A stretch of DNA of 64,000 bases from Faecousia sp. (GTDB lineage: Bacteria > Bacillota > Clostridia > Oscillospirales > Oscillospiraceae), in assembly GCA_050872865.1 (NCBI GenBank), contig JBNMHR010000004.1, positions 19,350 to 83,349 of the forward strand. The letters are read 5' to 3'. Positions 38,551 through 46,910 of this stretch are shown here, piece by piece (position 1 is the stretch's first letter; each line of letters opens with the position of its first letter). Under the pieces are notes generated by a model. It did not search any database. It saw nothing but the letters and a program-made list of their open reading frames with translations, and was not told the origin of the DNA. The translations under genes were made by a program, and so were the position numbers.

Positions 38551-39069
38551 GTAACCGCTCAACAACCACCCGCCTACCCAGCCTCTCCCAAATATGAGAT
38601 AATACTCCCAAATCTCGAATAGCTGCCCCTCAGCTATTTGAGAAATTGGAGTAAAGGGTGATTTGAATGGGTGACGTGCTAAAAATCCGGGATGAATACC
38701 GGCAGAACTAATGGGCGGCGACGATTCAGGCATGCACGGCCAGCGAAGGAATACTTTATTCAACATGGACTTTCCGAAAAAGCTTCTGCTACTGGCAAAA
38801 GGAGCTTCGCACATAGATCGTAGCTGCAGTTCCGGAGCTTGTTTTCCTGGAAGAAGATACAGCGTGTGCTGGTGGAGCTCCCATACCTGGGAAAGTCGCC
38901 CTCCCACGAAGAATTGGAGGCTTTTATGCCTTGGGCACCCGACATCCAAGAGGATTGTAAGATTCCAAACTCCGATGCCTATGTAAATACATATCTTGAG
39001 TAACAGCAGGCCTTGGGTGTGGGGCCTGCTGTTTTTTGAGAGGGGGACGGGGGATTATTGAGCGCTTAC
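38551..39069 (+). mobile_element. Internally deleted IS66-family element (MITE-like)
   Basis: Terminal inverted repeats GTAACCGCTCAA / TTGAGCGCTTAC; degenerate TnpA-like (WAATIQACTASEG, FCYWQKELR) and TnpC-end-like (LEAFMPWAPDIQEDC) fragments. Confidence 0.8.
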
Positions 39070-39309
39070 GTTTTAATCGCTATTCCTTTCAGTTTCGGAG
39101 CTAAAACATACAAATTTTTAGGGAGGAGCAGCCTGTATTCAGACGTACTCCTCCCCGTTTCTTATCATTACGACTTTTCAGAGGCAAAATATAAAACGCT
39201 CAAAATTACCTCGCTATTGTGTTTCTCTCTAAGTTGTTAAGCTACTATTGAGAAATCACTGTTCTACAGCACACCTTTCATCCGCTTGACAATACATCAT
39301 AATGGGAGT

Positions 39310-39652
39310 CTAACTCTTTTCCCCAGAAATACTTTGCAATAGCATTCGGGCTGAAAAACATACTGTCGGATCATTTGAGAAGTCAACAATATTTTGCAGA
39401 GTCATCCGTGCCTCGTCAACCAAGATGCTCATTTGTAGGCAAGATGACGCTGCGTTGACTCTTACCCTGTCATCATCATGAGACAGCAACATGCGAAACG
39501 TTTCTATACTACTGCTGTCCTTCATTTCACCCTGAAGATGTTGAATTTTTTACAGCAGCGTTATGTGCTTTCACCTTCTGCTTGTCTTTATAATCGTCCC
39601 TAGAACACATTTGTAAGGACAGTTTGACAAACAAATTGTAATAATCTTTCAT
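39310..39652 (-). pseudogene. Frameshifted immunity-like gene (helical, DUF2019-like)
   Basis: ATG at 39652 (RBS GAGGGAG) gives MKDYYNLF...KAHNAAVK, then the frame shifts in an A6 tract (39546-39551) into IQHLQGEMKDSS...LLSHDDDRVRVNAAS. Confidence 0.65.
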
Positions 39653-39660
39653 GTACTCCC

Positions 39661-39840
39661 TCACATAAATAGCTTTATCACACTAAGTCCAAACTCATAT
39701 TGCGCACTAAAACTTTGTCCTGCAAGCCAATTACGGACTGTCAATCCGTTCGTAAATGGTTGTATGCTAGAATAATAGCCACTAATTGCGCGATGCGTTG
39801 TTTTATTGATAGAAATAATATTGTTAGTGTTATGACCTTC
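39661..39840 (-). pseudogene. Orphan polymorphic-toxin C-terminal fragment (HNH-like)
   Basis: My translation: EGHNTNNIISINKTTHRAISGYYSSIQPFTNGLTVRNWLAGQSFSAQYEFGLSVIKLFM*; no start codon; abuts the immunity-like gene. Confidence 0.65.
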
Positions 39841-39854
39841 TGCTTAACTAACTT

Positions 39855-40382
39855 CTATTTTGAGCTGTAAATTTCATTAAAGTAGTTGTCAACTAAAGAA
39901 TCACCATTAAATAGCTGTAGGCAAATTTCTTTTCCATTGTTCACAGGCACATACTTACCAGAATGTTCATTCTTCAAAAAATTATTAGCCAATTCATATA
40001 GTAAAGTATTTCTGGATAATTCAACACAATTAACCATGAATTCATGTCCCTTCTTTTCATATTCTTCGTTGATGTAGTATCCATGAAGAGATAGAGTATA
40101 CCCCGCAATAAAATTAAAGAAAGGATCTTTACTCATTTCTGCTACACCTATATCAATATATTTCTTCCAAATACTAAGAGCCATTACATTTTGATCGCTA
40201 GAATATTTTTTACTCACAACTGGTCCTTCAATTAGATAAAACCACGAAAAGCCAATTAAGGAATATAATATATGTTGATCGTCCATCTCTGAATATAGCA
40301 TTTCTAAATAACTTAGCGCATTATCCCACGCACAGAGTCTTTCATAGGCCAGTAGTGTTTTGTCGAAGTAAAAGAGGTCCAT
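39855..40382 (-). CDS. Hypothetical helical protein, probable orphan immunity protein
   Basis: AT-rich 175-aa ORF co-oriented within the Rhs downstream array. Confidence 0.6.
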   Translation of the reverse strand: MDLFYFDKTLLAYERLCAWDNALSYLEMLYSEMDDQHILYSLIGFSWFYLIEGPVVSKKYSSDQNVMALSIWKKYIDIGVAEMSKDPFFNFIAGYTLSLHGYYINEEYEKKGHEFMVNCVELSRNTLLYELANNFLKNEHSGKYVPVNNGKEICLQLFNGDSLVDNYFNEIYSSK

Positions 40383-40575
40383 AACATCAATTCGACCGCT
40401 ATATGGTCGCCTTCCTACATAAGTATTATTTGTTTAGATTTAAGGTTCTAGTACCATTGGCTTAAGCATTCGGAATAGTACCGTAGAAGACAACAATTGC
40501 GTTGACCACTACGGTACTATAAGGCTTACAATCTCAAACAGTATGGGTTATGAAAAAAGGAGATAGGTATTGTCC

Positions 40576-41010
40576 TCAATAGCGTGAGCGATGAAATCGT
40601 TTATTTGCTTTAAATTCAACGACAGCAAGAACACCAAAAGAGAAATAGGCCGTAACAAAATACGTAACACAAACTATGTTTAACAAAGATTCCTCAACAA
40701 ATCCTAGTGAAAAGCTTAAAATAAAAATCAATTCAACAACCAATGTAGCGTGATTTACACAATTCACAATCCTATATGTCTTAGCCATAGATGAATAGTG
40801 AATTGTTCGTTTTTCGTATCTAGAATACTTGTCACTTATCACTTTTGGTGCTGTCAAAAAAAGCCAGCGATCCATCTTGGGAACATTAGATACATAACGT
40901 TTTCGTTCGTTTTTTGTTTGAAACAACCGAATTCCCACACTCATATAGCCCCGCAAAATAAGTAATGTTATAATTGAGAACACTGTCAAGATAATCAGAT
41001 TGTTTCCCAT
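40576..41010 (-). CDS. Hypothetical 3-TM membrane protein, probable orphan immunity protein
   Basis: AT-rich ORF with three hydrophobic segments, co-oriented in the Rhs array. Confidence 0.6.
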   Translation of the reverse strand: MGNNLIILTVFSIITLLILRGYMSVGIRLFQTKNERKRYVSNVPKMDRWLFLTAPKVISDKYSRYEKRTIHYSSMAKTYRIVNCVNHATLVVELIFILSFSLGFVEESLLNIVCVTYFVTAYFSFGVLAVVEFKANKRFHRSRY

Positions 41011-41097
41011 GTCAACACTCTTTCCATATTACGATACCCGCAACGCTCCTATGCCTAGATTAGATAAATACACTACTAATCTAGGAAACCGCAGTCA

Positions 41098-41388
41098 TCA
41101 GGTCTCAAGATTGTCCCACAAATCTTGTAGGCTCTTTCCCTCGAGGATTTCGTAAGCAACAAGCTCATCAAGAGTTGTAAACTGATAATATTGAGTATTA
41201 CCATTGTAACCATCAATATTCACTTCATAAATTTTCTCTTGGCCTTCAAAATGAAATGCTACATCAATTGTATGATCTTCGTACGTAAAGAAATATTCCT
41301 CACCATTTTTTAGCCCGCTTAAAAATTTATCAAAAGTCAGTTCGTCAATATAGTTTTTACCACATTTTGTATACTGGTGTGTTCGCAT
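41098..41388 (-). CDS. Probable cognate immunity protein of the Rhs tip
   Basis: RBS GGAGGG; small acidic protein MRTHQYTK...EGKSLQDLWD immediately after the toxin stop codon. Confidence 0.7.
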   Translation of the reverse strand: MRTHQYTKCGKNYIDELTFDKFLSGLKNGEEYFFTYEDHTIDVAFHFEGQEKIYEVNIDGYNGNTQYYQFTTLDELVAYEILEGKSLQDLWDNLET

Positions 41389-41404
41389 CAAGTTCCCTCC
41401 TCTG

Positions 41405-42600
41405 CTATTTATTGGGGCCGAACCAGCCTTTAATTGTCTCCCAAATCGTGCGAATTGATGTTCCTTTTCCTCCACGGTCACCGACATGGTAATGAGGGTT
41501 ATGGTGATATTTTGCATTTCCATAAGTCGTTGCATCGATTCTCAAATTCCAATTCCCCTTAGAATCTGCAAAATTCTTCTGGTATCCTACAGTCTGTCCT
41601 TTTGATGTCATAGCCCGTCCTGTGGCTTTTGCTATACCCTGTGCTACCTTGGGTCCAACCATTCCCGCAATCACCGCAACTGTACCAAGCGCATTAACTG
41701 TACCCTTAACCGCATCATAGGTAGATTGGTTTCCTTTAAGCAACTTATCCCGGATAAGATTCGTACCTCCAGTAAATGCTTCAACTGCATCATTCGCACC
41801 TAGTACAGCTGCGCTCCCGGCGATTGCATAAGTCGCATATGTTGTAACGGTGGCTACCACTGCAACAGTCGCTGTTGTAGCGCCAACCGTAGCCGCAGCT
41901 ATCCCAGCTAAAGCTGCAACAGCACCTGCCGATGCAACAATTGCTCCAGCAAACATTACAGTTCCTACCGCAACACCTATTCCGGACAAAGTATTGCCTA
42001 ACCACTGTGGAATATCTCCCATAACATCAATATAAATTACAGGATTATTGTTACAATATGCAAACATATTACAACCAATAACGCCTGCCCCGGTAGATGC
42101 GTAGGAATCCGCATTAATAAACCTTCCGATCGCCGGATCATAATACCGACTCTGCAGATAGTAGAACCCCGTCTCCTGGTCATACACATACCCACGATAC
42201 CGCAGCGGATTCAGCTCCGCAAGATCACCGCTTGACGACAGAATCTTGCCCCAGGCATCGTAGCAATAACTCGCCACAGAGGTGCCGTCGCTGGATTCGA
42301 CGCTTATTACATCGCCTTGAAGATTGGTGAGGTAATAATAGACCTTCCCTCCAGTGACCAGTGTCAGCAAATCTTTCCAGTCGGCATCTCCGTAAGTGTA
42401 GGTGTGGGTAGTGCTTCCATCGGAAGAAGTCTTGATATTGCCAAAGGCATCGTAGACAAAGTTGTAGGTTTGAGCACCTTGGCATCATCGGTTCTTTCAA
42501 TGGAACCCAAGTCGCCATCGATATAATTATACACCAATGTCGCGTAATTCGCAACACTTGTTTGTACCGTGCGGTAACTATCATCGTATTGTGTAGTACT
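41405..42600 (-). pseudogene. Truncated RHS repeat-associated core gene with intact C-terminal toxin tip
   Basis: YYYLTNLQGDV, YDAWG, NPLRYRGYVYDQETGFYYLQSRYYDP, NMFAYCNNNPV..D..G, then a hydrophobic region and HHNPHYH tip; upstream YD-type fragments with a frameshift near 42480. Confidence 0.85.
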
Positions 42601-42670
42601 CAGACCAGGGAAATGTTATCGAAATAAGCTTGGAAAGGATAGAATATCCCCCAGATCGCGTAACGCAAAA

Positions 42671-42699
42671 CACCCCCGCAGTTTCATACTGCGGGGGTG
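42671..42699 (-). terminator. Terminator of greA-lysS
   Basis: CACCCCCGCAGT-loop-ACTGCGGGGGTG followed by a T-run on the minus strand. Confidence 0.8.
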
Positions 42700-42818
42700 A
42701 ACACTTTTGAAGACAATTGCGTTTTTATGAGGACCTGTGGAATCATTCTTCCCTCATTGGCATGTGATTGGCATGGATTGGCATAAACACTAGCATATTT
42801 CATGCCAATATTTGCCAA

Positions 42819-44768
42819 TTAGTACATCTTCGCACCGGCGGGAATCGAGCCATCCAGCATGAGAAGATGCAGCTTTTCTTCATCATTTTCCTTGTGGACA
42901 GCGGAGATCAGCATACCGCAGGACTCGATGCCCATCATGGGTCTGGGGGGCAAGTTTGTAATGGCGAGAAGGGTCTTTCCTACCAGCTCTTCGGGCTCAT
43001 AGTAGGCATGAATTCCGCTCAAAATCACCCGGTCTGTGCCCGTTCCGTCGTCCAGAACGAACTTTAGGAGCTTCTTGGACTTCTTCACGGCTTCGCATTC
43101 CTTGACCTTCACGGCGCGGAAATCGGACTTAGAGAAGGTTTCAAAGTCCACAAAATCGGTGAACAGAGGCTCGATCTGCACATTGGAAAAATCAACTTTT
43201 TCCTCCAAAACGGGTGCAGCGGGAGCGGCCTCAGCGACAGCTTCAGCCTTGGCCTTCTGCTCGTCGGCCTTCTTCTTTTCCAGGTCGGTGGGCTTCATTG
43301 TGGGGAACAGCAACACGTCCCGGATGGAGGCGGAGTCCGTCAGGAGCATGACCAGGCGGTCCACGCCGAAGCCCAGGCCGCCCGTGGGAGGCAGGCCGTA
43401 TTCCAGGGCGGTAACGTAGTCGTAGTCCACCTGGGCCTTAGAATCGGGATTGACCGCCAGGCGGTCGGCCACCTGCTTTTCGAACCGGGCCTTCTGGTCG
43501 ATAGGGTCGTTCAGCTCGGAGAAGGCGTTGCCGAACTCCGTGGCGTTGATGAAGTACTCAAACCGCTCGGTAAAGGCAGGGTCATTGGGCTTTCGCTTGG
43601 CCAGGGGGCTGTTTTCCACGGGGTAATCGTAGATGAAGGTGGGCTGGATCAGGTTCTCCTCTACAAAGGCATCGAAGAACTCGGCCAGGATGGCGCCCTT
43701 GGTGGGGATCTCCGGCAGCTCTACCTTGTGCTCCTTAGCGGCGGCAATGGCCTCCTCGTCGGAGGTGATGGCGGCAAAGTCCACCCCGGAATACTTCTTG
43801 ACGGCCTCGATCATGGTCATCCGCTCCCAGTGGGACAGGTCGATGTCCTTGCCCTGGTAGCTGATCTGCAGGGTGCCGCAGACCTTCATGGCCACGGTCT
43901 TCATCATTTCCTCTACCAGGTCCATCATACCGTGGAAATCGGTATAGGCCTGATACAGCTCGATGGTGGTAAACTCCGGGTTGTGGGTGGGGTCCATACC
44001 CTCGTTCCGGAAGATACGGCCCACTTCGTACACCCGATCCATGCCGCCGACGATCAGCCGCTTCAGGTACAGCTCGGTCTCAATGCGCAGCACCATGTCG
44101 ATGTCCAGGGTGTTGTGGTGAGTATAGAAGGGACGGGCGGAGGCGCCGATCTCAAAGGGGGTCAGGATAGGGGTATCCACTTCCAGGAAGCCCTTGCCGT
44201 CCAGGAAGTGCCGCAGCTCCCGAAGGATCATGCTCCGCTTTACAAAGGTATCCTTTACCTCGGGGTTTACGATCAGATCCACATAGCGCTGGCGGTACCG
44301 GGTCTCCCGGTCGGTCAGGCCGTGGAACTTTTCGGGCAGAGGCAGCAGGGACTTGCTTAAAAGCGTTGCCTCGTGGACCCGCAGGGAAATTTCTCCCCGC
44401 TCGGTCTTGAAGACATCGCCCTTGACGCCTACGATGTCGCCGATGTCGTTCTTCTTAAAGCGCTTAAAGTCCTCCTCGTCCATGGCGTCGAAGCGGACAT
44501 ACAGCTGGATGCGGCCGGTATTGTCCTGCAAATCGCAGAAGGACACCTTGCCCATGCCGCGCTTGCTCATAAGCCGGCCGGCCAGGGTCACGGTCTTCCC
44601 TTCCAGCTCCTCGAAATGTTCCTTGATCTCCTTTGCGGAGGAGGTCACATCGAACTTGGTCTGCACAAAGGGGTCCTTGCCTTCGGCACGGAGGGCCTCC
44701 AGCTTCTCCCGGCGGACCTTTACCTGGTCGGACAGGGGCATTTCTGCCTGAGGTACAAACTTTGCCAT
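42819..44768 (-). CDS. lysS: Class II lysyl-tRNA synthetase with C-terminal tRNA-binding (Trbp111/EMAP-like) domain
   Basis: LPLPEKFHGL, YRQRYVDL, FRNEG, HNPEFT, GLPPTGGLGFGVDRL; tail FETFSKSDFR...NLPPRPMMGIESCGML. Confidence 0.96.
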   Translation of the reverse strand: MAKFVPQAEMPLSDQVKVRREKLEALRAEGKDPFVQTKFDVTSSAKEIKEHFEELEGKTVTLAGRLMSKRGMGKVSFCDLQDNTGRIQLYVRFDAMDEEDFKRFKKNDIGDIVGVKGDVFKTERGEISLRVHEATLLSKSLLPLPEKFHGLTDRETRYRQRYVDLIVNPEVKDTFVKRSMILRELRHFLDGKGFLEVDTPILTPFEIGASARPFYTHHNTLDIDMVLRIETELYLKRLIVGGMDRVYEVGRIFRNEGMDPTHNPEFTTIELYQAYTDFHGMMDLVEEMMKTVAMKVCGTLQISYQGKDIDLSHWERMTMIEAVKKYSGVDFAAITSDEEAIAAAKEHKVELPEIPTKGAILAEFFDAFVEENLIQPTFIYDYPVENSPLAKRKPNDPAFTERFEYFINATEFGNAFSELNDPIDQKARFEKQVADRLAVNPDSKAQVDYDYVTALEYGLPPTGGLGFGVDRLVMLLTDSASIRDVLLFPTMKPTDLEKKKADEQKAKAEAVAEAAPAAPVLEEKVDFSNVQIEPLFTDFVDFETFSKSDFRAVKVKECEAVKKSKKLLKFVLDDGTGTDRVILSGIHAYYEPEELVGKTLLAITNLPPRPMMGIESCGMLISAVHKENDEEKLHLLMLDGSIPAGAKMY

Positions 44769-44771
44769 GGC

Positions 44772-45248
44772 TTAGCCCTCACGGGTCACGCTGATGACCT
44801 TCATGGTGTAGGAACCGGCGGGGGCGTTGACGGTGAAGCTCTCACCGGCAGCCTTGCCTACGATGCCACGGCCAAAGGGAGAGTCATCAGACAGCTTGTT
44901 CTGCATGGGGTTGGCTTCCTGAGAACCGGTGATCCGGTACTGGATCTGCTGGCCCTGCTCGTTTTCCACCACCACGGTGCAGCCCAGGCCTACCCGGCCG
45001 GTGGCCTCGTTCTCGTCCTCGATGATAACGGCATGGGACAGGATGTCCTCGATCTCGGCGATCCGGCCATACAGCTTGCCCTGCTCGTTCTTAGCGGCAT
45101 CGTATTCGGAGTTTTCGGACAAGTCACCGTAGGACCGGGCCTCGGCGATCATAGCCGCCACTTCCCGCTCACGGGTGGTCTTCAAATAGTTCAGTTCTTT
45201 TTCCAGGTCTGCCAGACGCAGGCTTGTGATTTTATATTCCTTAGCCAT
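44772..45248 (-). CDS. greA: Transcription elongation factor GreA
   Basis: ARSYGDLSENSEYDAAK and S..SP.G motifs; greA-lysS synteny. Confidence 0.96.
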   Translation of the reverse strand: MAKEYKITSLRLADLEKELNYLKTTREREVAAMIAEARSYGDLSENSEYDAAKNEQGKLYGRIAEIEDILSHAVIIEDENEATGRVGLGCTVVVENEQGQQIQYRITGSQEANPMQNKLSDDSPFGRGIVGKAAGESFTVNAPAGSYTMKVISVTREG

Positions 45249-45350
45249 ATTCAAAATCCTTTCTTAGCTGAAAATTTCCATAGCTCCCGTTATTATAGAG
45301 GAAAAAACCCGGGGAGTCAAGAAGATTCCCCGGACTTTTCCGAAAAAACG

Positions 45351-46370
45351 TTATTTGCTTTGGGATAAATGGGCCAGAAGCTCCCCGTAGATCGCTTGAC
45401 TCTCCTCTGCGTTCTTCCCGCTGAGGACGATGATCTCCCCTTTTGTGGTTTTCAATACAATGGCGCTTTGGGGATCGTAGTAGGTCAGGCGGGTATAGGG
45501 CCCAAATTCTTCGTTTTCAAACCGGCCTGCCAGCAGCCGGAAGGAGCCCAGGCCCCAGACCCGGGTGCCATCCATGTTTTCCTGGCGCAGCTCCACAGAA
45601 TCTATATCCCTGTAGGGAATGTCCCGGCTGCCGTAATAGGTAACGGAAACCTGCATTTCCGTTTCCCCAAACCGGGTCGTCACATTGCCCGTAAAGAGCA
45701 GCACACCTACCAGGACGACCACCACGCCGGTAACTGCCCATACGACCTTGACGAGCTTTTTTTCCAGCTTGGGCCGCTCTTTCAAAACGACGCCCTGAGC
45801 CTTTTGCTTCCGATAGAACCGCCAGGAATACACCAATGGCACGTTGCCGCTGATGACCAAAATCGCCACAAAAGCCCAAGTAGCCGCCGCTTCCGGCAGA
45901 AAGCCGCAAATCAGCAGCAAAAAGCCGCTGGCCACATACAGGAAACCTGCCAGGCGATGGGTAGCGTTCCAGTTCTCTTCCGAAGAATAGGTCCACTTTA
46001 CCCGGAAGCCTACAATGCTGTTTTCCCTGCATTTGGGCAAATAGTTGCCTAACACCAGGTAGAGAACACCAACCATCCAGCATAGGAGCTTTGCCATGGA
46101 AAGGTCCATTCCTTCGTGCAGCAGCCCATAGGAGATCCAGAAGGCCACGTTGGAGATGGCCGGAATGATCCAGATGACCACATTGTTGATCTTCTTGTTC
46201 TTATTGGGGTCCCCTTCCATCTTTTCCGACAGATACAGGCACAGCTTCAGTACCAGGGTCAGAAGGACCGGCGTCAGCAGCACCCAAAAATCGCTTCTCA
46301 GGTACAAGCCGATGAGTCCCGGCAAAAGAGTGAGCGCATAGCACAGCCGTCTTGTTTGTTTTTGATACAT
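45351..46370 (-). CDS. SdpI family membrane immunity protein with C-terminal PH-like domain
   Basis: GNYLPK..N..VGFR..WT..SE.NW..THR motif; soluble tail GTRVWG...GRFENEEFG.Y. Confidence 0.82.
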   Translation of the reverse strand: MYQKQTRRLCYALTLLPGLIGLYLRSDFWVLLTPVLLTLVLKLCLYLSEKMEGDPNKNKKINNVVIWIIPAISNVAFWISYGLLHEGMDLSMAKLLCWMVGVLYLVLGNYLPKCRENSIVGFRVKWTYSSEENWNATHRLAGFLYVASGFLLLICGFLPEAAATWAFVAILVISGNVPLVYSWRFYRKQKAQGVVLKERPKLEKKLVKVVWAVTGVVVVLVGVLLFTGNVTTRFGETEMQVSVTYYGSRDIPYRDIDSVELRQENMDGTRVWGLGSFRLLAGRFENEEFGPYTRLTYYDPQSAIVLKTTKGEIIVLSGKNAEESQAIYGELLAHLSQSK

Positions 46371-46373
46371 ACT

Positions 46374-46637
46374 TCATTCCCCTTTCAGATCCGCGATCCA
46401 CAAAAGCGTTTCCTCCAATACGGAGGTGTTTAAGGTATAGTAGATGAACTTTCCCTCCCGGCTGTCATACACCAGATCTGCCTCCTTCAGTACGGACAGG
46501 TGCCTGGAAATGGCGGCAGCCGAAATATCAAAGTGCTCACAGATCTCCCCGGCGCTTTTCTTCCCGCCCTTGAGTAGATCCAGGATCTCCCGCCGGGTAG
46601 GGTCCGCCAGGGCTTTTAGCGTTTCCTGCAAGCCCAT
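46374..46637 (-). CDS. ArsR family autorepressor, SdpR-like
   Basis: KALADPTRREIL, SAGEI, ISRHLSVLKEADLV; dyad ATTTAACA...TGTTAAAT at 46654-46680 beside promoter TTGACA-N17-TATACT. Confidence 0.9.
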   Translation of the reverse strand: MGLQETLKALADPTRREILDLLKGGKKSAGEICEHFDISAAAISRHLSVLKEADLVYDSREGKFIYYTLNTSVLEETLLWIADLKGE

Positions 46638-46733
46638 GTTTCTCGCTCCTTTCATTTAACATTTAACTTAACTGTTAAATGAAGTATAGCACAGGGCGAG
46701 CTCCGTGTCAAGGGGGAAATGGAGAGTTTGAAA

Positions 46734-46880
46734 AATTAGCAATTAGCAATGTGCAGTGTGCAATTAGGTCGATTATTTCAGACGGATCGCATTTTCGAAT
46801 AGGCAGAATCATGCCAGTTGCATTTCGCAGTGGTTGGAAAATCAGGATAACTGCTAATTGCACATTGCCAATTGCAAATT
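46734..46880. repeat. Inverted arrays of heptamer repeats
   Basis: AATTAGC AATTAGC AATGTGC AGTGTGC AATTAG on the left; CTAATT GCACATT GCCAATT GCAAATT on the right. Confidence 0.7.
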
Positions 46881-46910
46881 GAAAAAGCACCCCTTTCGGA
46901 GTGCTTTTTG

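Noticed and set aside
18651-42600. One large ICE or prophage starting at tRNA-Pro(CGG)
   Set aside because: No integrase, relaxase, conjugation or phage genes and no second att copy were found; composition is patchy.
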